Below are positions 1-10,600 of a stretch of DNA of 33,820 nt, piece by piece (the stretch's first letter is position 1; each line of letters opens with the position of its first letter). The DNA comes from an uncultured Methanosarcinales archaeon (lineage in GTDB: Archaea > Nanobdellota > Nanobdellia > Woesearchaeales > UBA119), in the NCBI GenBank assembly GCA_964580745.1, contig CAZOKS010000002.1, positions 1 to 33,820 of the forward strand, given 5' to 3'. Made by a program: the position numbers and the translations under genes. The notes beneath the pieces are model-generated. The model was not told the DNA's origin, did not search any database, and saw only the letters and a list, made by a program, of their open reading frames with translations.

Positions 1-1138
1 ATTCTCCCAAACATTCTTGCTCAGAAAAATTCCAATCCCTGCATTTATATAATTCTGTACCCACTGCAACCTTAATAAGTTGTCCTTGACTGAAATCGAT
101 GTCCTGGGGATTTATAGCAAAAGAGGATATAAACGCAGGATTGTGCTTCCTTACCTTGTCTATGGGAACATACTCAAGCCCAAGCTCCACCCCTGCTTCA
201 ATGTTTACATCCTCTAATTCTACCCTTTTAATATTCTTTATGTTTGGAGACAACCTGAGGTTTATTCTTCCTGAATGTTGTGTTGACAATGCATTTACTC
301 TGTTTGAACCTTCTTTCTCAATAATCTCTGCCCGGATGAACCGCTCTTTTCCTTTGCTGGTTCTTATCTTGATTTGAACCGAGTTAGATGTATCCAAGTT
401 AGAAGTATTATTCAGATGGACATTGTTCTCTTTCCCAATATTATTCTCCTTATTTACACTCTTTGAAGCTACCACTTCAAAAGATGCATTGGGGCTATCA
501 TCTCTTCCCTCAATATCAAGCCTAACAAAGTATTCTCCCTCTTCCGGCGGCTTAAACCTAACAACCTCCTGGCCAGAACTTAGGGAATATCTTTTGCTTC
601 CATGTTCAACTATCAATCTATAATCAAATTTGCAGTTTATGCTTATCTCAACCTCTTCTCCAATATGATAAACCCTTTTATCTGTTTCAACCGTGATATT
701 ATTATTGTCATCACCAATATCTTTCTTTGAAGTATTGGCTGTTGGGACAGCTGGTTTTGTTGGCATCTCTTTTTTTATTTCCCCAATAGAATCTTTACTC
801 TCTACTATCTCATTCAATACAAATTCCTGTTTTTCTGTAATATTGTCAGCCTGAAGGATTATCTCATATGGCCCAACAAATTTTGGCTGGATAGTTATGT
901 TTGATAAATTGCAATCGATACATTTCTTTGAACTCCCAGGGCCCTTGATAGTTAAGTTATAAACTGAGAGATTTTTAATCCTGATATCTACCTTTTCTCC
1001 CTCGTAATAATTTTCTCTATCTATCTGGAGAAGACTTGAGCTTACAAGGGTTGCAAGGCTTATTGATAGCAATACAACTAATAAAGTAATCTTCAATTGT
1101 CCCTCCTTTGATAGTTTTGCTGGACTCATATTATTCAT
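1..1138 (-). CDS. Large secreted surface protein, 5' part only (gene continues past the left edge); N-terminal paralogue of the 3151-aa protein
   Basis: Absent from the ORF track because no stop lies in the window. My minus-strand translation from ATG 1138 is open to position 1; there is also an in-frame ATG at 1129, 10 nt after AAGGAG. Sequence: MNNMSPAKLSKEGQLKITLLVVLLSISLATLVSS (signal/anchor), beta-rich modules with EGEYFVRL, then FAINPQDIDFSQGQLIKVAVGTELYKCRDWNFSEQECLGE. This parallels FAIDPRGLNFSFAQIELEASGNALYKCQEYDFDAQECLGGW in the 3151-aa ORF. The plus-strand ORFs 99-377 and 423-623 are its antisense shadows. Confidence 0.8.
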   Translation of the reverse strand, partial: MNNMSPAKLSKEGQLKITLLVVLLSISLATLVSSSLLQIDRENYYEGEKVDIRIKNLSVYNLTIKGPGSSKKCIDCNLSNITIQPKFVGPYEIILQADNITEKQEFVLNEIVESKDSIGEIKKEMPTKPAVPTANTSKKDIGDDNNNITVETDKRVYHIGEEVEISINCKFDYRLIVEHGSKRYSLSSGQEVVRFKPPEEGEYFVRLDIEGRDDSPNASFEVVASKSVNKENNIGKENNVHLNNTSNLDTSNSVQIKIRTSKGKERFIRAEIIEKEGSNRVNALSTQHSGRINLRLSPNIKNIKRVELEDVNIEAGVELGLEYVPIDKVRKHNPAFISSFAINPQDIDFSQGQLIKVAVGTELYKCRDWNFSEQECLGE

Positions 1139-1152
1139 GCTCCTTAGCTAAC

Positions 1153-1296
1153 TTATTTCTCCTTTTTCTCGTTGTTAAAATTTCTCATCATAAGCTCCAC
1201 CTTAGAGGAAACCTTCATAGCATTCTCTTTGCATAGCTTTTTGAACTCAAGAAAAATATCCTCGTCAATGGTCATTGTGATTTTCTTCTTGCTCAC
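1153..1296 (-). CDS. Small ribbon-helix-helix (CopG/Arc-like) DNA-binding protein, about 47 aa
   Basis: Below the ORF-track size cutoff. Translation: (GTG 1296) SKKKITMTIDEDIFLEFKKLCKENAMKVSSKVELMMRNFNNEKKEK, stop TAA at 1155-1153. It shows a beta-strand (KITMTID) followed by two helices, the RHH pattern. Start is uncertain (GTG 1296 or ATG 1275). It ends 14 nt upstream of the next gene, with AAGGAG in between. Confidence 0.6.
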   Translation of the reverse strand: MSKKKITMTIDEDIFLEFKKLCKENAMKVSSKVELMMRNFNNEKKEK

Positions 1297-1430
1297 TTTC
1301 AGCAGCCCCTCTTTTTTCTATTCTTTGTGGATTGAAATGATGTGATGTCTGATATGATAAATTGATTTTGTTTAAAGAACAAAGTATTTCTTCCCATAGT
1401 CTCCTCTTTTTTAATCAAAAAACCATATTT

Positions 1431-1448
1431 ATACATATTAATATGTAT
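1431..1448. promoter_or_regulatory. Perfect 18-bp palindrome ATACATATTAATATGTAT in the intergenic region upstream of the RHH gene
   Basis: Read directly; the sequence equals its own reverse complement. It carries the hexamer ATGTAT, which is also repeated upstream of the RHH pair at 20605-20717. It lies 135-152 nt upstream of GTG 1296. Confidence 0.4.
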
Positions 1449-1648
1449 TTTCTAATAATTCATATATAAATATTCGCTTTTTGAGTCTAGAACCAATTTA
1501 GGGTTGAATGATTAAGAATATTCAAAATATGTAAATGAAAAATTGAAATAGAATGAATAAATAACGATTTGGCATTATAAGCGTTTAAGGAATATTCTTT
1601 TTATTTCTACGATAAAATAATTTGTTTCTGTCTGCTATTTCAATTCCC

Positions 1649-4600
1649 CTACTTTATCTCGGTATAGAAGGCAACCTTGTCATTGTCGGGCCCGACCAAT
1701 TGCCCCAAAGTAGCGGGGATCCGAATCTCAAAGTCTCTTGTTTCATTATATCCTTGCTGGGATTTATTCACTACCGTTAAGAAGATCACATCCTGAACCT
1801 CTGAATAAGTTGTTCCCCCATCGCTAAAATCCCATAAAATGCCCGTCTTGAAACTAGTGGAATTTGTGCTATTGACTACAGGGATATTTGTAATCTCTTG
1901 ATTATATACCTCCAGCTCTATTGTCTCCTTTGGATTTCCATTCTCCAGATATGTGGCATTAACAGAGTCAAAAAAAGTTGAGGAATTCAATGCATTATCC
2001 AACTCGCCAAAGTCCTCAATCCGTTCATTGCCCGAAGTGTCTCTCCCCAATGCTTGTAGGGATTGCCAATTAACATCCGCATCATAATCCGAAACATATA
2101 TGTTGCTTCCTGTTGAGTTTGCCACTTGCCATTGGAATATACCCTCCAGCTCTTCATCCTCAAGGGTTATCGTATCATTTGTCTCTCCTCCTGCATAATG
2201 CCAGAACTCTACTGTAATCGATTTAGAAGCATTGTTATTTGTCTCGTTCTCTTCCTCTATTTCGTTGCTTGGGTCCACTACTACAAAAATATCATTTGTA
2301 CCGAGCTCTGCAGTGTATTCAACACTCACGTTCTCCGATTCCAATGCTGTCAGGTTTATCGTTTGATTGCTTCCAATTTGGCTTCCGGAACCTCCAATCT
2401 CATTCTCCCAGAACTGAACAGTAATGTTCTTTGCATCTCCTCCGCCTATATTAAATACAGTCGCGGTAATATTCACAATTGAACCCTCGCTTGGCGAATC
2501 ATCACTGAAAAAGATGTTTGAAGAGTTAACCTCTAAATCAGGATAAGGTGAATAAAACAGATATGTCTCGCTCTGCCCTATATTTGTTGCATTATCAATA
2601 CAGCTTACATTCCAATAATGAGGCCCTCCCTCTAAATCGACCACACTCACATTCTCCTCGCTTCCATTTAACACCAAGATGTTCTGTTCGATAATCTCCC
2701 CATCCAATGTCAAATTGCAAATAAGCGACTCAGCCATGTTGTCCTCAACACTAAAGTTTAGGTTTGTAGTATCCGTGTCAATGGAAGAATCATTCTCAGG
2801 ATATGTAAGGTTGATACTTGGCTCAACAGTATCATAATAAACAATTATAGATGAAGAATTTTGTGCATTCAGCGCATTATCCTTTGCCTCAACTTTTATC
2901 TCGTATGTCCCATTCTGCAACCCAAGAAGATTCGCGCTATCCTCTGAATTGTTTCCTGAATTGCCCTCTGAATTGAAAGAATCATTCACATACACCGTAT
3001 AGTTAATAGGATTTGCCATATTGTCTTCAAGGATGAAGGAAATAGAAGGATTAGAATTAAACCAGGTATGATTTACAGTGGTAATGGTGCTGCTGGGTTC
3101 AACCAAATCAACATACAAAACCCTCTCAGAACTGATACCATATGCATGATAAGACGAATTGTCATAGCATTCTATTTGCCAGATATTTGTGTTGTTCATC
3201 CCTGAAACAGTAAAGGAATTCTCGCTGTTGTTTATTATGTTAAATTTAGTATCCTTTATTGCCCCATTCAAAACAATGGAACAATTCTCGATTCCGGTAT
3301 CATCAGTAACATTAAATCGAAATGTATTCGTATCTTGATTGCTCCATGTCAGATTCTTAGGAGACGTCACTTCAATCACGGGCGGAAAAAATACATTAAA
3401 TATCCTTGTTTCCGATGTGTTTGAGTTGTTTGCTTCATCAAAGCAGGTAACATTCCATAAGTGCTCTCCTTCACTTAGGTCCGTAGCCAGATATGAATTT
3501 TCCTCTCCCACATTCACATTACTCAAACCCTTATCTTCACCATCTAATGTAATATAACAGTCCGCAACAGACGCAAGGTTATCATAGACAGTATAATTCA
3601 AACTTACATCTGAAGTAGAAAAGTTTTCCTGATTAGGAGGATAATTAAGCTCAATGCTTGGCTTTTCAGTATCAATGTATATTATTTTAGAGGAACTGTT
3701 TTCCTTATTGCTCGCATCATCCTCTCCTTCTAAAACCAATAAATACTCACCATCCGGTTGAGTGTTCAAGGTAATGTTCTCAATAGAGTTGTTGCTAACA
3801 TATCCCTGATTCTCGGAACTTCCATTAATGTATAAAGTATAGTTGAGAATACTATCTAAGCTATCTATTATTCTAATGCTGATATTAGGTGCCGAGATGT
3901 TGAACCAGCTCTCGTTTGCTGTTAAAATCTCGCTTGTTGGAGCATTGGTATCCAGTGTAATATAAAGCTCACTTGAATTCTTTCTTCTATCCAAATAATC
4001 TAATCCTTCCACAAAAATAGTATTCAGACCCTCGTTCAGGTTAACACTGATGTTTTCTGAAACACCATCTATCCCTTCCCCTTCTTCTCCACTGAACATA
4101 TCATTCACATAAATTGAATAGTTTATTGCGCCGCCAGTATAATCATGGAGCGTAAAATTTAAATCCACATTACTGCTATTGAAAACGCTTTCATTCTCAG
4201 GAGAATTCCATTCCACCCACAACACAGATATGTTTAGTGTAGCATTATTATTAGATTCATTCAATTCATTTATGCTGTTTGAAGGATCTGCCGAAACAAA
4301 TACCACATGCATTCCTTCAGTAATGTTCCATTCTATATAAAATAAGGAAGAGTCATTATAAGCCACATTCTTCTGATCGCTTCCAATCAAGCTGCCCCCA
4401 TCATCAGGCCTTCCATCCCAGAACTCCACCTCAACATTGGAGGCATCTATACCTCCGATATTAGATACATTAGCAGTTATGTTTATCGTATCATTTATGC
4501 TTGGGTTTGTGTTATTGAAACCTATCAAAGACGCATTAATGTAAAGATCAGGCTGGTTGACAACAAAACGCCATGTCACCGAATAATCAGTATTGTTCAA

Positions 4601-7600
4601 ATCATCAGTACAACTCACATTCCAGAAATGCTCTCCATCGGACAGATTTTTTACTAACTTTGAGCTAACCTCTCCTGAAAAGCTTGTTATATTCTCTTCA
4701 AGGATATCCCCTTCTGGATCAGAAATGAACAAATCACAGCTAACCTCTACCGAAGAATTAAAGTCGGTGGCAGTCCAATTGAACAAAATATCATTTTGAT
4801 TAAAGAGCTGGTCATCGCTAGGATGATGTAGCTCCACACTAGGCCCTTCCAAATCAACATAAAAGCTCTTTGAAGAACCATTCGTTCCTGTATTAGAATT
4901 TGGATCAGAACAATTCACATCCCATGTATAGCTTCCGTTTGGCAAGTCATAGAGGTTGAAGCTCGCTTCTACCCCTGATTCCACTCCTGCGTTTGTTTCG
5001 TTTGCTTCAGAATTTAATATTAGGGTGCATAGGGATATGTTTCCAGAGTTGTCAGTCGCAGTAAAGTAAAGAGTCACATTAACACTATTATTCCTATAGT
5101 TGGCAATCGGATTGCCCAAGCTAACCTTGGGCGGTTCCTGAACAGCAAAATCCTCGCTATTGCTTTGGTTCTCATTTAGAGCATTATCCCTGCAAAAAAT
5201 ACTCCAATTATAATCCCCATCATCTATCCCTTCTATCGTAAAAGTCGTAGGTGCTCCATTATTGCTTGTAATATCGGTAACATTCAAGCTGTCATTTAGC
5301 CAAAGATCACAGCTCAGCTCAGTAGCAAGATTGTCAGAGGCAGTCCAATTAAACAATACCGAGCTAGAATCCAGCTCTTCTGAGTTGATAGGTGAATTAA
5401 GAGAAATTTGAGGAGACAGGTTGTCCACATAAAAGGTTTTGTTAGTGGGCATAAAGCTATTCCCATCGCTGTCATTACACTGAACACTCCAAAGGTATGC
5501 CCCTTGTGCAAGATCTCCCATCTCAAAGGTATTGTTTTGTTTATTTAATACAAAAGAAGCAGTTCTATTGTAGCTCCCATTTATATATAACGCACAGCCC
5601 GTTATCAGGATATCATCCGAAGGGAAATATGTTAGGTTTACATCTGTTTCATTGAACCAGCTTTCATTATCGGGCGCAACCAAAGTAACGTTGGGTGGTG
5701 CTTCAACATCAAAAAACCAGGTGTCAGAAACATTGAAGTTCCCTGCTTTATCAGTGCAATCCACACTCCAGTTGTACGTTCCATCATTTAAAATATAATA
5801 ATAGGTATATTCAGTTCCATTGGTTGTATTCAAGTCGGAACCTATTGAATAAGTAGAGCCTTCATCGGTAAGATAAACATCACAGCTTAACTCATCTGAG
5901 ATTTTATCTTTAGGAATAAATTTGAATGAAACATTATTTCTTGCTACAGTGGAATCATTCTCAGGATAAGTTAATTCAATCTCAAACGGCTCTTCTGAAT
6001 CCACATAATAAGTCCAATTCTCCGGAGCCATTCCCGAAAGATTATTAGTATCATAGCACTTAACATTCCAATTATACCTTCCATCTGGCAGAGTTACAGT
6101 AAAGTTGTTCTCTACCTTTGCATTAATGTCATACTTTGTTTCGTTTTCTTGGCCGTTTAGCATAAGAGTACAGTTTGTAAAATTCTCGCTTCCCAGACTT
6201 GGAATGTATTTGAAACTAACATCATGGAATAAGTCTCCATCACCATCCTCTGGCGATGTTAGATTAACTCTCGGGCTTAATAGCACTGTAAAATTCCTCG
6301 TTTCAGATATGTTTGTATTGGTTGCATTATCAACACATGAAACACTCCAGTTGAAATCCCCGTTCCTCAACCCAGTAACATTAAACAAGGCAGGTACACC
6401 ATTATTGCTCTCAATATTGCTTCCATTAACACTATCGTTTATTGAAAGATTACAGAGTAATCCTGTTGCGAAATTATCTGCCGCAGTCCAGTTAAAGGTA
6501 TAAACTGTAGTGTTAATCGTATAATCATTTTCAGGCAGATTTAATGAAATTGTTGGCCCAGTTCTATCCACAATAAACCTCCAAGTATCAGAACTATCTG
6601 AATTACCATATACGCCGCTGTCATTGCACTTCACAAACCAGTTATATTCAGCTTCAGCAGGGGAAGAAAGGGTGAAGTTGTTTGTTTGCCCTTTAAGAAC
6701 ATTAGTTGAATTGGACTGATTAAATGTGCTATTGATATACAGAGAACAGCCCTCAATGTCATCATTATCACTTATATTATACTCAATAAGCACATTACTC
6801 TGATTAGTATGCGTATTGTTGCTTGGTGATATTGGCTCAACAACAGGAGTCTGGTTAATAGTAAAGTTTCTTGTTTCAGAGTAGTTTATATTGCCTCCAA
6901 TGTCTGTGCAGCTCACATTCCAGTAATGCACCCCGTCTTTATAACCGTCTAGAGTAACATCATATTGATTTCCACTACTCACAATAGAAGTATCATTCTC
7001 TACTCCATCCACATACAAGGTGCAGTTTAGAGTGTCATAGTTGTCTGTAGGTGTGTAAGAGAAGGCAACCTCAGAATCAGTAAAATAAGCATCATTCCCT
7101 GGGCTTTGCAGGTTTATATACGGTTTAGTTAAATCAACATAAAGGGTTGCATTCCCTGTTGAAGCATTATTGCCATTATTATCATAACAAGTAACGCTCC
7201 AATTATACTCTGTTTCATCAAAAGAAACGCTAAAATTATTCAATCCATTTATCAGCACAGACTGATTACTTTGATTATAAATCCCATTTATGTATAACTC
7301 ACATTCGTCAAGCGCAAAATTATCAGAAGCATTATAGGTAAGCTCCACACTTGTTTCATTCGTCCCGCTTTCATTCTCAGGAGAATACAAAGAGACTTGA
7401 GGCGGCTCGTCAGATATGTTAAAGCTTCTTGTCTCCGAGGTATTGGTATTGTTAGCCAAATCTTGGCATGCAATATCCCAAATATAGTATCCTATTTCAA
7501 ACCCTTCGATGGTGGTAGTCGCAGGAGTAGCATTATAAGCAGTAATCGTTGTATTTCTTGTTCCGTTTATCCTCAAATCACAGCTCATGTTTGCAGCTCT

Positions 7601-10600
7601 GTTATCATAGGCAGTCCAGTTAAACTCAATGTCTGGGGAGGTGGTGCTCCAATCATCTATGGGCTTATTAAGCTCAATCAGATAAGGCCCTTCATAATCC
7701 ACCTTAAGATACCATGTAGATGAATTTCCTACCCTTGATGATGTATCTTGGCAGGAAACACTCCAGTTATATTTCCTTTGCTCAAGTGATGAAAGGGTAA
7801 AGTTATTCATTCCACCATTGTTTATAGGGCTGGAATTAGTTTGGTTAAATATGCCATTTATGTACAAACTACAATTATCAATCTGACTATACGAAGAAGG
7901 GATGTATTCTAGGGTTACGCTTGAGCTGTTTACCCAGCTATTATTTTTGGGAGAGCTCAAATTTACTTCAGGCGCTTCAGTGCTAGCTACACTAACCTCA
8001 ACTGCCTCAGTATAAGAAGTTGAGTATTTACTTTGAGCAGCACACCTTATATATGTAGAACCCGGGGAAGACGCATTCAGTCCAAAGGATGTTGAATTAG
8101 ATGTGTTGAAAACATCTCCCATTGCGTGAGGATTAGTCTCGCTTCCATTCAACGAAATAATCCCTGAGCCAGATATAGCACTCCAACTCCCAGAGGCATT
8201 TGTCTGAGCAGTAACATTGGTTGAAAGGCAAGTTCCATCGGTGCAATTGACTTGACAAGATAATGTTAAGGAATTCCCCTGATCAACATATACCTTGGAG
8301 GAAGGAGCTGTTTTTGTTGCTTCCAGCGTTCCCAGCTGGGTAAAGCCAGTTACATTCACAAAGCTTGAAATATGGTCAATAAGATGCACAAAATCTCTGG
8401 ATTGGGCAGGATGCGTGTTTGTAAGCTCTATTTCGTAATAGAGCTTATCAGTGCTAAGAAGCCTTTTATCACTTGAAGGATTGCAGCTTCCCGTTGTGGC
8501 AGCTCCTGATGAGCTGGCCGTCCCTACTGTATTAGAGCATATTAATTCCTCTTCATCTGAACTATTTAAAATATAAAGCCACCAACTTACCTCAACCCTT
8601 GTATCGGAGGTTTGAAAATAAGTGCTGAATAAAACATCCCCTGATGAGGAGACCTCAGCACCATTCGCACCCATAAAAGGAGATTCCGCTTCTACAACCA
8701 ACTCGGAAGAGGAAGCAGCGATTGTTCCAGAGACAGAATTCTGGGTCCCATCTGTTCCCTGTTCTAAGGAAATCTCGCAAGGGAAGGAACTGCAATCACT
8801 TGTTGAAGATTCAAACCAATTACCATAATAAATTGGCTTGATAACTGATACTGTTAAGCTCCGAGAACTGCTTTGATTTGCATTCCCTGCTTCATCTACA
8901 CATCTAACATACCAAGAATAATCCCCATTATCAAGGTTATGATTAATGGTTTGGTTCTGATTCTTTGTTATTGATGTGTCTGTTTTTACACCGCTTCCAT
9001 TTACATAGAGGGTGCAATTGTCTATTCCAGAATCATCACTAACATTATACACAAAGGGAACCACATTAGAATCAGTATATGTGTCTCCATTACTTGGCAA
9101 AACCAAACTAACATCAGGCCCACTTCTATCGATTATGATTGTTCTATTAGTAGGAGAGGTAGCACTATTGCCATTAGAGTCCCAACACTCTACATTCCAA
9201 GCAAAATGCCCTTCATTGTTAAATGCAGCTATTATAGTGTTCTGACTCCCATTCGTAATAGAGTAAGTAGTGTTCTTAGCACTCCAGCTTGTTTCATTCG
9301 TGTATATGGAACAATTACTGATAGAGTACTCCTCGTTACTTGGGGTATAAGTGAACTCTTCTGAGGAGGCATTTGTTCTGTAATTGTTGTCAGGAGAATC
9401 AAGGGAAACCGAAAAAGCTCCAGGTTCAGTATAATTAATGGTATAGTTAACTCCATCAACACTTATGCTCATGCTTGGGCTTTTTCTTGATCTTCCCGGA
9501 GCCTGGAAATCCATGCTTGAATCTATATATATATAGTAGGTGCAATAATCAGGCCAATTGCTGCAATCCAAATTTGTAAAAGAGCGAGAACCGCTCTGCT
9601 CAATGCTTGAGTTGGTCCAACTTACTGATGTGGTTGAGGTATAAGACCCACTTCCAATAGTTGCTTCATCCCCATCATCATGGTTTTGGTCATGGTCAAA
9701 ATCCCCGCTTTGCTGAGCATTGCTCATAGTGCATCCATCAGCATTAACAGTAATAGTAACATTGATAATCATCTCTTCAAGAAAGAAACTTGTTGCATCT
9801 TGAGGGATGTTCAATGTAAAAGGGCAAAAGGTCGAGCAGGAAAGCGAGCCGCTATTCTGCTGATTGACCGAATCAGAACAACTGCATCCCACAGATGTGT
9901 TTACCTCGCTATACAATGGGTCTTCAGGCGTAAGCATAATGGTATAATTCTCTCCAGGAACAATATCCCTATCCTTCTGCCATCCACCCAAGCATTCCTG
10001 AGCATCAAAGTCATACTCTTGGCATTTATACAGCGCATTACCACTCGCTTCCAATTCAATCTGCGCAAAGGAAAAATTTAATCCTCTCGGATCAATAGCA
10101 AAGGACTGTACCGCTCTATTCCTGTTAACCCATACCTCTTTATTATCAATATCCTCCATCCTCAAACTATCCAGATTTTTGAGCTTAAGGTCATGAAACC
10201 TAATCTTGTTAACCTTGTTTGTTGGGTTAAGAACATCAATAAACTCTCCTCTGAAAGACCTGCCATATTCCCCCCTTACCTGCTTGCTTTGCCCTGCATG
10301 ATTCTTAATTTTTATAGGTATGGTAGCAAGCTTTTTCTCTTGGCCAAAAGAAGGGAGTGTCAGTGCTTTTTCTTCTCCAAGTATTTTCTCAGATTGCTTA
10401 TCAAATTGTTTATTTGTTTGCTTCCCTGATTGCAGCCCAACATCGCCGGCTTTATCCCCAACAAAGAAACTCGCTTCGTCAATTATCTTTCCCGAATCCC
10501 TCAGCTGGACAAAGTATTCCCCATTCTCAGAAGGAGCAAACCGAATCTCTTTGGAAAGCTCTAAGAGTTTGAAGCTTTTATCTTTATGAACAACAAACAG

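Noticed and set aside
99-623. Plus-strand ORFs 99-377 and 423-623
   Set aside because: Their translations are low-complexity and hydrophobic, and they lie antisense to a long open minus-strand frame (1-1138) that encodes a convincing signal peptide and has homology to the 3151-aa protein.
2126-10589. About 15 plus-strand ORFs (60-133 aa) and two alternative-frame minus ORFs inside the 3151-aa gene
   Set aside because: All are nested in an uninterrupted 9.4-kb ORF with clear repeat structure. Their translations are Cys/Phe/Leu/Ser-rich without signals or motifs. Similar peptides such as FHKCSPS and FQKCSPS merely mirror the protein repeats on the other strand.
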